Shown here: positions 37,621-50,727 of the stretch, one piece after another | How the letters are laid out: each line of letters opens with the position of its first letter | How positions within the stretch are numbered: the first letter of the stretch is position 1 | Notes under the pieces: generated by a model | The model's input: only the letters and a program-made list of their open reading frames with translations | Told to the model about the DNA's origin: nothing | The model's database searches: none | Program-made: the position numbers and the translations under genes | Source: Squalus acanthias | Taxonomy: Eukaryota | Reading direction: 5' to 3' | Length of the DNA: 64,000 nt | NCBI GenBank assembly: GCA_030390025.1 | Contig: CM059431.1 | Coordinates: 116,748,001-116,812,000, forward strand

Positions 37621-39535
37621 ATGACTGCTTCAAGAGCAAAGGCCTCTCCAAGATTCGACGATGACTCCCTCCATGCACTTGTGGAGGGAGTGAGAGGGCA
37701 CAAAGAGATTCTGTTTCCCTCAAATGGAAGGAGGAAGCCTCCTCAGCAAACCAAGGCAGCCTGGCTGCAAATTGCTGAGGAGGTTAGCGCCAGGTCTTTG
37801 TGCTCACGCAACTGGGTTCAGTGCAGGAAAAGGTTCAATGATCTGCTATGCTCAGCAAAAGTGAGTATAACATCACACTTGCCTTCAATCTGCTCCCCAT
37901 CTCCTCTCATCACCAGCACTCTGCATTGTCAACCTACTCCTGCACATCCCAACTTACCCTTACATCCCTTGCACCCTTAACCATCCCTCTCTCTCTATGT
38001 ACAGAATCACTTCACCATTCTACTATGCGCCCCTCACACTCGCTATCACTGTTATGCAATGACAAAAACTAACAACGCACAGGGAGGGCCCTTGGTATTG
38101 GCACCTCACTCCATCTTTTTCTCCCTCTAAGAATCTATGCTATGGATTCTCTACACTCATTCCAGCATTGTCACTCAAACTCCACTTGTGTCCCTCATTG
38201 CAGGAAAAGAGAGCCCACAATAAGAGGGAGCGGGGGAGGACAGGAGGCGGGCCACCTCCCATGGCGCACTTGACCACCGCTGAGGAGGCTGCTCTCGACA
38301 TTGTCGGAGGTGCTGAGGAGCTGGAAGTGGGGGACGGAGAGACGGGTGTAGTAGAGCAAGCTGGTGACAGAATAGATTTGCAACCCTCTCATTTAGATTG
38401 CATGAATGACTGACATGGCATCTGATGCTCATACAGATTGAGTTATGATCATCTGCACAATTCCATGTGCATGCTTCGTTAATATCACATGTCTAACTCA
38501 TGCCTTTACTCCCCCACAGGACCATCGACAGCCCCCTCCCCACTGTCCAGGAGGAAGAGCCTGAAGACTCCTCAGAGGAAGCTGCAACCTCTGAGGGTGC
38601 AGTGTCAGCAGAATTGAGCGCACCCAGCACCAGCGCAGAGACGCGCACCTCGGCAGGTCATTCGCGAGATAGATTAGTGTTCTCACCTGGTGTATCACAG
38701 CTCACAAGTGAGCATCAGCAGATGGTGGAGACAGGGACAGCAGTGGAGAGTCCTTGTTGGAGGCCACAGGGCGCTCCCAGCTCTGCTCAGCTGCATGTGG
38801 ACCCTGTGCCTCTGGGGCCATCCAGAAAGAGAGCGGTGCTGGAACTTCAGGAACAAGTGCAGGAGTCTCTGATGGGGTTTGCAACCACTGTAACTGCGAG
38901 TGTGCAGAGAATGGAGGAGTCCATCTCAAACATGAGCAATGCCGTGGTGCACTCAATGGCGAATGTAGGTACTGCCATGGAAAGGATGGCAACCTCCATG
39001 GAGGACATAAATCGTTAGATGCAAATGAACATGGTGACTCTTCTAAATAGATGGTCTGCTATGGAGGATAGATGGGCATCTATTGAGGAGAGGAACCAGA
39101 GATACATGGACGTCCCTGTTATGAGGACTGTCAGTACAGAGACAGGTCCTCATGGCCCCACTGATGTGCAGCAAGGTGCTCTCCAGCTACTTGCTAGAAC
39201 TGAAGTGCAGCTGACCCATGAGAGGGATGATGGTGGTCGACAAACAAGGAAGTGTGGGCTCCTCGCCAAGCGCTCACATTCACATGCCACTGCAGAGCCC
39301 TCGGTCAGAGCCCTAGATTCCTCACCCAACTGAGATGGCCGTCTCAGCCCCTGCACAGCCACAGGAGGAGCAGACCGTTGCCGAGCCCTCCCAGGCTCCC
39401 AATCCCAGAGGACGCCCGCCAAAGGTGTTGAAGCAGGTGCAACATGAAAGTGAGCAAGGTGCCTCAACATCTGCTGAATCCCCAGGGGAAGAACCACGTA
39501 GAAGCACGCGTAAGAGAAAGTTAACACACAAATAG
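37621..39535 (+). pseudogene. Harbinger Myb/SANT-like DNA-binding protein gene, three exons, disrupted
   Basis: Exon 1 37621-37860 (PRFDDDSLHALVEGV..AWLQIAEEV..QCRKRFNDL, then GTGAGT); exon 2 38204-38363 (TGGGPP); exon 3 from 38520 with frameshifts and stops; basic C-terminus RRSTRKRKL. Confidence 0.85.
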
Positions 39536-39820
39536 TCACAAGGGTAGTCACTTGGGTGTTTTGATCGAATACAAAGTGAATATTCTCATCGTTATTTCAA
39601 TTATATTAAAGAAATTCAATGGCAAAGATTCAAGGAGTTGGCCTATGTGTGCCCAGAAATGGAAGTGTCACAGTAAGGGGTCAGGTGCCTTTCATCTGTA
39701 ATGATGGTGGTGAGAGTGATAGGAACCCATATTTTTTTGTGCAGATGCTGTATAGTGTGTTAAGAAGGTCGGCCAGACACTCATTTCCATGTGGCAGCCA
39801 CATGTGTTTGCTTCGTAAAC

Positions 39821-41006
39821 TTACGCGAATCTGGCATGGATTCGTGCAACCCTTGCCTCACGGCCAGCAATGTGCTCGCATGCTGGTGGAACTGGCACAT
39901 CCGCCTCCGCAAGGTCTGTCGTCCTCCTCCTCCTCCTCCTTTGAGGAGGCTGTGTACTGAACCACTTGTTCCTCAGGCAGCGGAAGCCACTCTGCTGTGC
40001 GATGTTGTGCAGTGCACAGCAGACCATGATGATTCTGGAGACCCTGGCTGGTGAATACTCTAGGGCTCCACTAGATCAGTTGAGGCCTCTGAATCGCATT
40101 TTGAGCAAGCCGATGGTTTGCTCTATGATGCTTCTGGTGGAAATGTGGCTCACATTGTAGCGCTCCTCATCGGTGTCATTAGCCACGTCTTCAGGGGATA
40201 GCCCTTGTCTCCAAGTAGCCATCCGGAAAGTTGTGTTGGCGGATTGAAGAGCGGAGGGACTGTAGACTGCTGCAGGATGATCAAGTTATGGCAACTGCCA
40301 GGGAACTTGGCGCAAACATGCATAATGTTCTTCTGTGGTTACACACCAGCTGGACGTTAAGGGAGTGGAAGCCTTTGCGGTTGACAAATACAGCTGGGTT
40401 GTGATGGGGTGCCCTAATGTCCACATGTGTGCTGTCTACGGCGCCCTGCACCCTTGGCAAGCCTGCCATATTTGTAAAGCCAACCGCACGCGCAGTTACA
40501 CTTGCTTCATCCGTGGAGAAGTGGATGTAATTGTGCGACTTTGCAAAGAGGGCATCAGTAACCTGCGTGATGCAAGTGTGTGCGGCCGACTGGGAGATGC
40601 CGCTGATGTCTGCTGATGATCCCTGGAAGGACCCTGAAGCAAAAAAGTTGAATGCGGTGGTGACTTTGACAACCACTGGTAAGGAGTGTCCACCTGCTCC
40701 TCTGGGCTCCAGGTGTTGGTGCAGCATTGTGCAGATGTCAGTGACTACCTCTCGCGTAAGTCTCAGCCTCCTTTGGCACTGCTGCTCACTCATGTTGAGG
40801 AAGCTCATCCTCTGCCTGTAAACCCGATGTTGGGGGTATCTCCTGTGGCGAGGTGCAGGCCCTCTGCCCTGTGCATCATCAGGTGGCTGAGGAGAAGGTT
40901 GGCGCTCCTGTTGTTGCTGCTGCTGCTGTGCCTGGTTCTGCTGCTGCCACGGCTGCTCTTCCTCCGATTCTGAGGGCCAGGATGAGAGGGTATAAATGGT
41001 TCCCAT
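39821..41006 (-). pseudogene. Harbinger (HARBI1-like) DDE transposase, frameshifted
   Basis: [30 protein letters not shown]; downstream frames give [22 protein letters not shown] and CCALHNIA. Confidence 0.92.
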
Positions 41007-41519
41007 TCTGCTGGTATATATCTCAGTTGAGGAATAAATGTTATAAGTGCTCAGTCAATGTGGGGAGAGGGTTTTCCAAGGAGGTCACAGTCATATGGAT
41101 CTCAGCTTAAACACTTACAAGCTCAATAGACCTGCAAAATGTGTTCCAAAACCTCAAAACACAAAGTTCTGGCATCTGAAAGTCAGCTATGTTGCAGGTC
41201 TGCTATTATGCTGCATGTGCAGCTGTCAAGAATTCAGCTAGTTGCTGAACCCGGCACAATCAGCTGTCGTGTTTGTCGCACAACATGGAACATGTTAAAA
41301 ATGTAGAATTATGTAGGCATTTAATAAGCTGTTAACGGCCTTAAGTGCCTCTCCCGCCGCTTGGTGTCGGGTCTGATCGGGACTCGCAGACTCTACACTT
41401 TGCAAAGTTGCGTGGAGGCGGGTTGGCGGCGGGTTCGCAACCTGCCATCAATCATTTAGATTTTCACTCCTGACCCGCCTCCAAACCCACCCTCTGAGCG
41501 CCGGCAAATTCGCAGCCAA

Positions 41520-41803
41520 AGTATTTGTTTAATTTCTCTGCCATTTCCTTATTCTCCATTATAATTTTCCTGTCTCAGCCTGTAAGGGACCCACATTTAC
41601 TTTTGCTAATCCTTTCCTTTTTACATACCTATAGAAGCTTTTACAGTCTGTTTTTATGTCTCTCGCTAGTTTACTCTCATATTCTATTTTCCCTTTCTTT
41701 ATCAATTTCTTGGTCCTCCTTTGCTGAATTATAAAATTCTCCCAATCCTCAGGCTTACTACTCTTTTTGGCAACATTATAAGCCTCTTCCTTTGATCTAA
41801 TAC
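41520..41803 (-). mobile_element. CR1 LINE internal fragment
   Basis: gtatttgtttaat..ctgccatttcctt..ggacccacatt resembles CR1 ORF2 between the endonuclease and RT. Confidence 0.65.
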
Positions 41804-41804
41804 T

Positions 41805-42558
41805 GGGCTGGATTTTCCGATTGGAAGCTTCCTGCGTGCGGATGCCTCCAATCGGAAAAAATCTACGAACTTACCTGCTGGCTTCGTAGGTCCCGAGGCT
41901 TGTGATCCTGGGCCTCTGCTCTACGAAATGCGCAGAGGCCCAGGTATCCCAGGGGCGCATGTGGTTCGCAGGCACCCCTGGGATCACGTGGGCCATGGGG
42001 AACCAATCAAAGAAGGGAATCCCCCTTCATACTTTTGACAGGTCTCTACGCACAGATCTGTCAAAAGTATGAATGGGGATCACTTAAAAAAACAGTTAAA
42101 CATTAAATACATTTTTTTTTTAAATCATGTATTTAAAATTAGTTAAAATTACATTCAATTAAATATTTTAAACAAAAATGTAATTTTTTGAGAAGAATAG
42201 TTAAAGTTTTTTACAGGGCTAAAAATAAACTACCTTTTTTAAAGTATTTTAAAATTATAAATGAGTGAAATTAAAAAAAAAATTTTTTTAAACTCTTATG
42301 CTGGTAAAAAGCAGGCCTTATGCAGGCTTTTACCAGGCGTAAGATTTTTAAAGGTTTTCAGCGGGCGGAAGTTGTGCAGAAAGCGGAACTCTCCCCCCGC
42401 AGAGGCCCTTCTCCAGGGCAGGCGGATGATCTGTCAAGAGGATTCTTGACAGATCGCAAGTGCCGGGTTTCAACGAATGTGCTTCGCATGCCTGAAACCG
42501 GCACTTGCGAGGCCCCAACGGGTGCGTACACAACCATGGGGGTCGCAAAATCCGGCCC
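41805..42558. mobile_element. Harbinger-type MITE family A, complete
   Basis: TIRs GGGCTGGATTTT / AAAATCCGGCCC; TSD ACT/ATT. Confidence 0.9.
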
Positions 42559-42847
42559 ATTATTTTTAACTTCTCTTGTTAGCCACAGTTGCACCACTTT
42601 TCTTGTGGTGTTTCTGTGCCTTAAAGGAATGTATATTTATTGTAAATTATGTATTAATTCTTTAAATGCTAGCCATTGCTTGTCTACCATCATACAAAAT
42701 CTTTCTTCTGATGTTAAGTCCTTTCCTCTGGCAGTTAAAAAAAGAAAGAGATTTTTTCAATCTGATCCTAATCGAATATTAACAATCTACCATTTGGGTC
42801 TGGGGAGAGTGAGGGGCAAGACTGATGTGGGGGGGAACCTAAGTCAT

Positions 42848-43370
42848 AAGACTATTCCAATGGTCTCCTGGCTGACCTCCCACCTTGCATCCTCCATAAA
42901 CTTGAGCTCATCCAAAACATTGCTGCTCGTATCCTAACTCGCACCAAGTCCCGTTGACCCATCACCCCTGTGCTCGCTGACCTACAATGACTCCCTGTCC
43001 GGCAACGCCTTGATTTTAAAATTCACATCCTTGTTTTCAAATCTTTCCATGATCTCTCCCCTCCCTATCTCTGTAACCTCCTGCAGCCCTACAATCCTCC
43101 AAGTTCTCTGCGATCCCCAATTTTCAACGCTCTACCATTGGAGGCCATGCCTTCAGCAGTCTAGGCCCCTAAGCTCTGGAATTCCCTTCCTAAACTTCTC
43201 CAGCTCGTCTACTTTAAGGCGCTCCTTAAAACCTACCTCTTTGACCAAGCATTTGGTCACCTGTCCTAATAGCTCTTTATGTGGCTCGGTGTCAAATTTT
43301 GTTTGATAACGTTCCTGTGAAGTGCCTTGGGATGTTTTACTACATTAAAGGTGCTATCTAAAGGCAAGTT
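42848..43370 (+). mobile_element. L2 LINE 3' end
   Basis: gactattccaatg..catcacccctgtgctcgctgacctaca..ttttaaaatt; tail gtgaagtgccttgggatg..aaaggtgctat resembles the SINE tail. Confidence 0.82.
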
Positions 43371-46009
43371 ATTCCTAATCCCAATTTAAAAATGGAATCT
43401 CATACTGCAACAATGTGACTTATTTTCCTTTTGAGACAGCAGTTTCCCTTGGGCTTTCTTTGAATTAAATTGTTATTCAGTATCAAATTAGAGGCAATCT
43501 TGTGCTCTGGGCCGTTGGTCTCTTGAAACTGTGTTCAGATTGCCGGAACTGATTTCACATGAGGATCTGTGTACAGAGACTTTCACCCACTCCTCAGTAT
43601 CTGCCCAGCCATGACTAATTTTCCTGGATCTGGGCTCATTGCATATGCACAGAAAATTTCTGGCAGGATTCTCACCATCAGGATGGAGCCCACAGTGCGA
43701 GCAAGGTACCTCTGGTGGTTCTGCAGCATCAGACCAGGCAGCAAGAGGCCTTACACGGGCACAAGCACTCTGAAGCTCTGAAGAAAGGCTTCCCACACCA
43801 GCAGGTAAGTGTCTGGGGCCAACTGGAGGGAGGGGAGGCCGCTGCAAGGCCTCTCCCTCCACTGGTGAACTCTGGGCCTTTAACACCACTTCCTAAGGCC
43901 TACTGTCACCTTCCACGTGGTAGTGACGGGAACCAGTCGTAACTGGGAAGGACAATCTTCTAGGTACTCCAATCATTGTCATGCAGCAGATGGGGAAGGT
44001 CCTGGTGGGTGTGGAGGGAGGGCAAATCCCAGGTGGGGTGGTGAGGCCTCATGGACCAAATCTCCTGACTCTCATTTTGGGTGGAAAGCGTACAATATCT
44101 TTGATTTTAATTCTATTCTGTTACATGTAGGATAGGGCTAGGCATAAAGCTTATAAAATCATTTGTTGAACAAATAAAAGGTTTGTTCATTTTATTGATC
44201 AAAAATAAATGCAAAATATCCAGTCAAAATTAATTACATTACAGGCGCTTATCCTTTGTAGCAAGTTTGCCTGACAGGGATGTTTTATGATTGATTATTG
44301 ATTTTTTGTTTTCTGGCTGTCCAGCTGGCAGTCAATCCCATTCATTTGTTCAGGTTTGTTTGTGCAGCACTCCAGCAATTCCCCACTCACTCAGCTTGTT
44401 TGAGATTAAAGTCTTGCAGAATTCTCATTGTCCGCAACACTGCAATTAAAGCAATTGCACAACTTAGCTTTGCCAATGAGTCTCAGCATGATAAATTAAT
44501 GAAATGCCTGAAATATCAACTTCACTTTATCTGATCAAGGTATATGCTGTATGTTGCACTTCGTACATGGAAAGGCCACTTGCACCATGACTATACTGAA
44601 AATTCAGAGACCAAACATATGGTCAAGAGGCTGGTTTGGGCATTGTAGTACTCTGTGCTCTGCTAACTGACCTGCCTGGTTTTAATGTTCAATATTAACC
44701 CAAAGTCACTCACTAAAGCCATACTATTGATTTTCTGCATTCAATACTAAAGGTATTGTAATGTTTCTAAAGGAAATTGGTGCATTGGGATCAACCTCAA
44801 TGTTTGTGAATCATGTCAGTATAAACAATGCGCCACCGTTTCTCAACTCTATATCTGGAGAGGATTTTTAGCAGCACAAGATCCATATGAGCCCAGGGTG
44901 TAACCTTGTATACAGGGTTGTGTACATCTCAACGTCATCTCATATATAACATTAAGGATCAGAGTTCAGAAGGTTTCAGGCTCCTAGATTTAGTTTTAGA
45001 GCTTATCAAAGTTAGGCATTCGCTAAGTGAAACAAAATTGTCCCAATATGGCTCTATCCTAAGGTCATCATGAAACACAAACAAAACTCTCCTCTACAAC
45101 ACTTGTGGAACTGTTCAAATGTACAGTAACAACTTCAGATGTGGACTGTAGCTTTCAGACCAATCAGGCTACCAACATTGACAGAGACAGCTGACACATA
45201 CTCTGACATTAGAAATCCAGGGATCAAGGCACCTTTGATGACAGGGAGAGTTTATCTGGTGAGTAGACAAGCCATACAGTATAGCACAATCCAAAGTTTA
45301 ATCTCTGGTCTGTGCTGAATTAGCCAGTCTCTGCCATAGCTGCAGTAGGGACACTGCAAATGCTGCCCTGGGTTTGGGAGGAGGAAGTAATCACTGCTGG
45401 AAATGCCCATGCACAATCATTGAAGGGACTGAAATTCATTGCCAAGGCTAACATATAAATAATGGCCAACTGAAGGAGGTAACAGGGCGCTCCTGGTACC
45501 CATGGAACCATATTCAGCAAGGAATCAATGCCTTCAAGAAAGGAAGGTGAGGATGAAAATTAGGGAGACAATCAAATTCAACAGGGTAGATTTTCAACTT
45601 GCCACTTGGGTGTAAAACTGATGATGCAGATTGGTCGCCCGTTATAGAAACTGACCAATTTTCAATTCCATTGATTTCAATGCTGTTTAGAAGATATAAG
45701 GGTGATTCTGCGATTCGCTGTTGCCAGTGGGAAGTGAAGCTTGCAGGGAACGTATTTTGATGAATGTCAAGCTAGCAACCTATAATTTTATGTCCATTAA
45801 AATTAATGAATCTCCCAAGACATGCTCCCTGCAAGTGCTTCTTCCTGTTGGGATCGTGGACTGTACAATCACCCCTGTATTGTCACCCAAAGATAGACAT
45901 TCTTTCACTCAAAAATGTTTACCTCATTTTAATAACACCTAATTTTTCTGCAGATAGAAATAGAAAACCATCCTATTCTGAGGAACTATGTCTACTGTCA
46001 GTAAAAGAT

Positions 46010-46140
46010 CTGACGAAAGGTCATCGACCTGAAACGTTAACTCTGTTTCTCTCTCCACAGATGCTGCCTGACCTGCTGAGTGTCTCCCGCATTTTCTGTT
46101 TTTATTTCAGATTTCCAGCATCTGCAGTATTTTCTTTTTG
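46010..46140 (+). mobile_element. 131-bp Penelope-like family-2 insertion starting at a hammerhead core
   Basis: CTGACGA-a-aggtc(atc)gacct-GAAA-CGTT-aac; TSD TGTCAGTAAAAGAT at 45996-46009 and 46141-46154. Confidence 0.88.
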
Positions 46141-46410
46141 TGTCAGTAAAAGATTATCTGATTACTGCTTTATGCTGACATTCTTGATTATTTGAACCAA
46201 ACCAATTACACAGAACAGAATAAAAGATACTTCAAGACAGAACACTGCTTCGGTATGTCTTAAGCACTTTTTTAGGGGAGACAGTGTAAGTATCATTCCC
46301 TTAAGCATTTCCTTTCCTAGTGACAATATCATGAATGGACCATATTTGTGTTCTTGAATTTCTGTTTTTTCTCTCATAGAAACCATTTACTTGTTTCTGA
46401 GAAAGAGAAT

Positions 46411-49232
46411 GGGCTGGATTTTACGAACCTCGGAGGGTCTGTGGCGGGAGATGTCGGTGGCGGGTCCCAGCCTCGCTGCCGGCTCCATCCCGGCCTCTGA
46501 AATGAATTGACCGAGATTGGGCTTGTTAAGCCTGCCCAATTAGAGGAAGCGAGTCTGGTGATGTCACTCGATGACATGTCATCAGCCGGTTTCCTTAAAA
46601 GGGACCAGGGCCAACTTTCTTTTGATATTTGTGCTGTCAATGTTCTACAGCATTGAAGTGCTGCAAACACTGACAATCACTGCACAGAGGTGCAGGGCTG
46701 CACCCAGGCTCTCCCATGACTCCCTCCATATGTTTATGGAGGGAGTCACAGCACACAGGGAGGGCCTCTTCCCTTCCCATGGGCGGAAGAGACCTCCCTA
46801 AGAGATCAACACTGCCTGGTTGCACATTGCAGAGGAGGGCGCATGCAGGGATGTGGACCTGGGTAGAGGGCTGCAAACATTTCAATGATCTCAGTAGATC
46901 ATGAAACGTTAGTACAAAGCCATACTCAACCTCATCCTGCTGTGCCTCTCATCACATCCCCATCACTCTGCCTTCCCTACCCTACTCCTGCACATCCTTA
47001 CTCACACCAACTTGCCTTGCACCTCCACCCATCCCTCTCTATCTACATTATCACATCCCCATCTCACTAGCCACCCCTCACACTCACCCTCATCCTAGTG
47101 CAATCATACCAACTAACAACACACAAGGGTAGGCACTTGGGTGTTTATGCAATGTTCATGTAAAGTTTCTGGTAATGTGGTGTCAAACATTGAAACCTTT
47201 ATTTTCAACACTTTGCGTTCTTGGACAGATTTGTGTGCACCTTTGGAAGTGGCTTAGTGAGTTGCAGTGAATGGTGAGACATAACGGTACCCTCCGCAAT
47301 GGTCATGAGTGTGAAAGGAATGGCTTGGGCATTGTAGGGATGCTTTATGGTGTAGGTGTGGGGTGGTGCCAACCTGGCACATCATGTGGCAGCCAGGGTG
47401 TGCAGCGTCAAGTGAAGTCAATCTGGCCATGGTGAGCCATCCTGGCATCCTGGGCAGCAATGTGGTTGGGTGCTGATGCCCTGTGTCCTGTGCAGCATCA
47501 GGTGATTGCGGCGAAGGTTGGTGTTGTTGTTGGTACTGCTGGTGTGGCTGGTGTTGCTGGTGTGCCTGGTGATGCTGGTGTGCCTGGTGCTGCTGGTGTG
47601 CCTGGTGATGCTGGTGTTGGGGCTGATCATGGTGGGATTCTGAGGACCAAGGTGAGAGAGTTTCTTGGGCACCCATGCTGATGGAATAGATGGCAGGTGA
47701 AGTAGAGATGACAGAAGCGATCTGTTAATGGTGGGAGAGGTAACGAGGTCAGACTGGATGGAGACTTGTGTAAAGACTTGCACCATCCTGAATCTGTAGT
47801 GGAAATTCAGTTTCGAGAAGCTATTGGTTAAGGGAACATTTCTCAATCAGCTGGGAGCTTTGACTTGATATTTGAAGCTGTCAACTCATCAGCTGATTCA
47901 ATGGCCACTGACCTCCCACCTCAGTTTCACAGACGAGGTCTAGGCACAGCGGAAAACTGGTGGGAAACCTGTCAAATCCAAAATGCTTGGGAAAAAAACA
48001 TTGATATGCAAGGGGACATAGACAGGCTAAGTAAGTGGGCAGAGATTTGGCAGATGGAATACAACACTGGAAAGTGTGAGGTGATGCACTTTGGCAGGAA
48101 AAATCCTAGAGCAATTTATTATCTTAATGGCAAGAAACTGGAGAGTACTGAAGTGCAAAGGGATCTGGGGGTCCTGGTGCACGAAACTCAAAAGGTTAGT
48201 ATGCAGGTGCAGCAAGTGATTAAGAAGGCAAATGGAATGTTGGCTTTCATTGCTAGGGGGAATAGAATATAAAAATAGGGAGGTATTGCTTCAGTTGTAC
48301 AAGGTATTGGTGAGACCGCACCTGGAATACTGCATACAGTTTTGGTGTCCTTACTTAAGGAAAGACATCCTTGCTCTCGAGGCAGTGCAAAAAAGGTTCA
48401 CTCGGTTAATCCCGGGGATGAGGGGGTGGTCATATGAGGAGAGGTTGGGTAGATTGGGACTCTACTCATTGGAGTTCAGAAGAATGAGACACGATCTTAT
48501 TGAAACATATAAGATTGTGAAGGGGTTGGATCGGGTGGATGCGGGGAGGATGTTCCCGATGACGGGTGAGACTAGAACTAGGGGACATAGTCTTAGAATA
48601 AGGGGCTGCTCTTTCAAAACTGAGATGAGGAGGAACTACTTCACTCAGAGGGTGGTAGGTCCATGGAATATGCTGCCACAAAAAGCTGTAGAAGCTACAT
48701 CATTAAATAAATTTAAAACAGAAATAGACAGTTTCCTAGAAGTAAAGGGCATTAAGGGTTACGGGGAGCGGGCAGGAATTTGGACATGAGTCTAGGTTCG
48801 GATCGGTCATGGCCCTGTGGGTAGTGGAGCGGGCCCAGGGACCGTGTAGCCTGATTCTGCTCCTATTTCGTGTGTGCAATTCTGTTAGATGCAGGAGATG
48901 GTTCTGTGATAGATAGTAGATTGGCGGTTAGGATCAGATCAGCCATGATCTTATTGAATGGTGGAGCAGGCTCGAGGGGCCGATTGGCCTACTCCTGCTC
49001 CTATTTCTTATGTTCTTATGTTCTTATGTAGCTGTAAACAAGCCAGTATTGATTTTAATTGCCTCCCCCGCCGCGGCATGTCTGGTCTGCACAGCGCTGA
49101 CAGACCCGACATTTGGTAAAGGCGTGTGGCGGTGGGTTGACAGTGGGGTCTCGACATGCTGGGGAAAAAAAATACTTTCCTACCCGACCCGCCACCGATC
49201 GCGCCCGCTGACCCCCCCGCAAAATCCATCCC
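46411..49232. mobile_element. Harbinger internal-deletion derivative with nested CR1
   Basis: TIRs GGGCTGGATTTT / AAAATCCATCCC; AAT TSD at 46408-46410 and 49233-49235; inverted homolog of 10767-12540. Confidence 0.88.
47998..49029 (+). mobile_element. CR1 LINE, same subfamily as 28118-29320
   Basis: ORFs 47865..48272 (3' part) and 48232..48789; near-identical 3' UTR. Confidence 0.95.
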
Positions 49233-50127
49233 AATGTTTCTATTACACTGTGAAATATCCAATTCCTTTTTTAGAACAGATTTTTGTAATTTGAGGTAAA
49301 ATCCCATGCTTATCAGGACACAATAGAATTGCAAGACTAACTAAAAACAAATATGACCAGAAAGTGCTGGAAATGTATAATTGGTGCTTTTTGTCTTTAT
49401 AAGAGAAAATATGGGTTATATCTTTTGCCTAAGATTCCTAATTACCAAAGTGCTCAATAGAATGGAAAATCTCAGCTTTTCATGGTATTTGGAATTATGA
49501 TATGATGAGTAAGTTCTTGGATTAAACTAATAAGACAATAAGGTTTTCCAGGAGCTGGCAGGACCTGGATACTCTTGCCTCTCAATAAAAAAATGTAGTT
49601 ACCTTCCTTACATCCTTTCAACCTCTATTGACGTTTGATAAATGGTGCTTCAAGTGCCATTCTCACTTTGTCCTTGTTTATCACGCCTCTCCAGCTATCC
49701 TTGGACGTTCCCACTGTTCTTCTGGTTTGCGTCAGTGCCATTTCTCCCCATAGTATCACCATCAATGTCCACACAATACTTGGATATCTTGGTTGGACAA
49801 AAGAGGAGCTCAGTCAGTTGTGTCAACTGACACTGTATCTATTTACCTTATGCCTTTCCATCTTTTCCACTGTCTGTGCAGTTACTTTGCTCTTCTCCCT
49901 ATTTCACCAGATATTTCTGTCAGCGAAGACTTCCTTAACACATACCTTAAATGTTTACGTTTATTATGCTCTTTTACCCCAAAAAAATCTCCAATAAGGA
50001 AAGTTTCCTCTCATACATATTGTTTAAAATGTATCCAAATAAAAGTAATACATTTTTGCTAAAATTCATGGCTCAAAGTGGCGCTGGGAAGTACCTGTTA
50101 TTCACTGGGCATATTATATCCAAAGAT

Positions 50128-50727
50128 TCATAGAATCACAGAAAGTTACAGCACGGAAGGAGGCCATTTCGGCCCATCGTTTCCGCACCGGCCAACAAAG
50201 AGCTATCCAGCCTAATCCCACTTCCCAGTTCTTGGTCCGTAGCCCTGCAGGTTAGAGCATCCCAAGTGCACATCCAAGTACTTTTTAAATGTGGTTAGGG
50301 TTTCTGCCTCTACCACCCTTTCAGGCAGTGAGTTCCAGACCCCCAGAATCCTCTGGGTGAAGACATTTCCCCTCAAATCCCCTCTAAACCTTCCACCAAT
50401 TACTTTAAATCTGTGCCCCCTGGTTTTTGACCCCTCTGCTAAGGGAAATAGGTCCTTTCTATCCACTTTATCTAGGCCCCTCATAATTTTATACACCTCA
50501 ATAAGGTCTCCCCTCAGCCTCCTCTGTTCCAAGGAAAACAGACTCAGCCTATCCAGTCTTTCCTCATAGCTGAGATTCTCTACTCCCGGCAACATCCTTG
50601 TAAATCTCCTCTGTACTCTCTCCAGTGCAATCACATCTTTCCTGTAATGCAGTGACCAGAACTGCACACAGTACTCTAGCTAAGGCCTAACTAGTGTTTT
50701 ATACAGTTGAAGCATAACCCCCCTGCT
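50128..50727 (-). mobile_element. CR1 LINE 3' portion
   Basis: ORF 50212..50667 QFWSLHYRKD..RRLRGDLIEVYKI. Confidence 0.93.

Larger units (their letters stand above)
37470..41517. mobile_element. Decayed two-gene PIF/Harbinger DNA transposon
   Basis: Convergent Myb/SANT and DDE transposase genes; right end ..ccggcaaattcgcagcc matches family termini; left TIR not found, so the start is approximate. Confidence 0.88.

Noticed and set aside
39821..41006. Domesticated host gene HARBI1
   Set aside because: Frameshifted, paired with a Myb gene and a transposon terminus, and related to nearby TIR/TSD-flanked derivatives.
42320..42937. 205-aa ORF
   Set aside because: Spans MITE, unique DNA and an antisense or off-frame L2 fragment; a chance open frame.
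49600..49950. Possible exon or membrane-protein ORF
   Set aside because: Minus frames contain stops, and the hydrophobic plus ORF is explained by pyrimidine bias.
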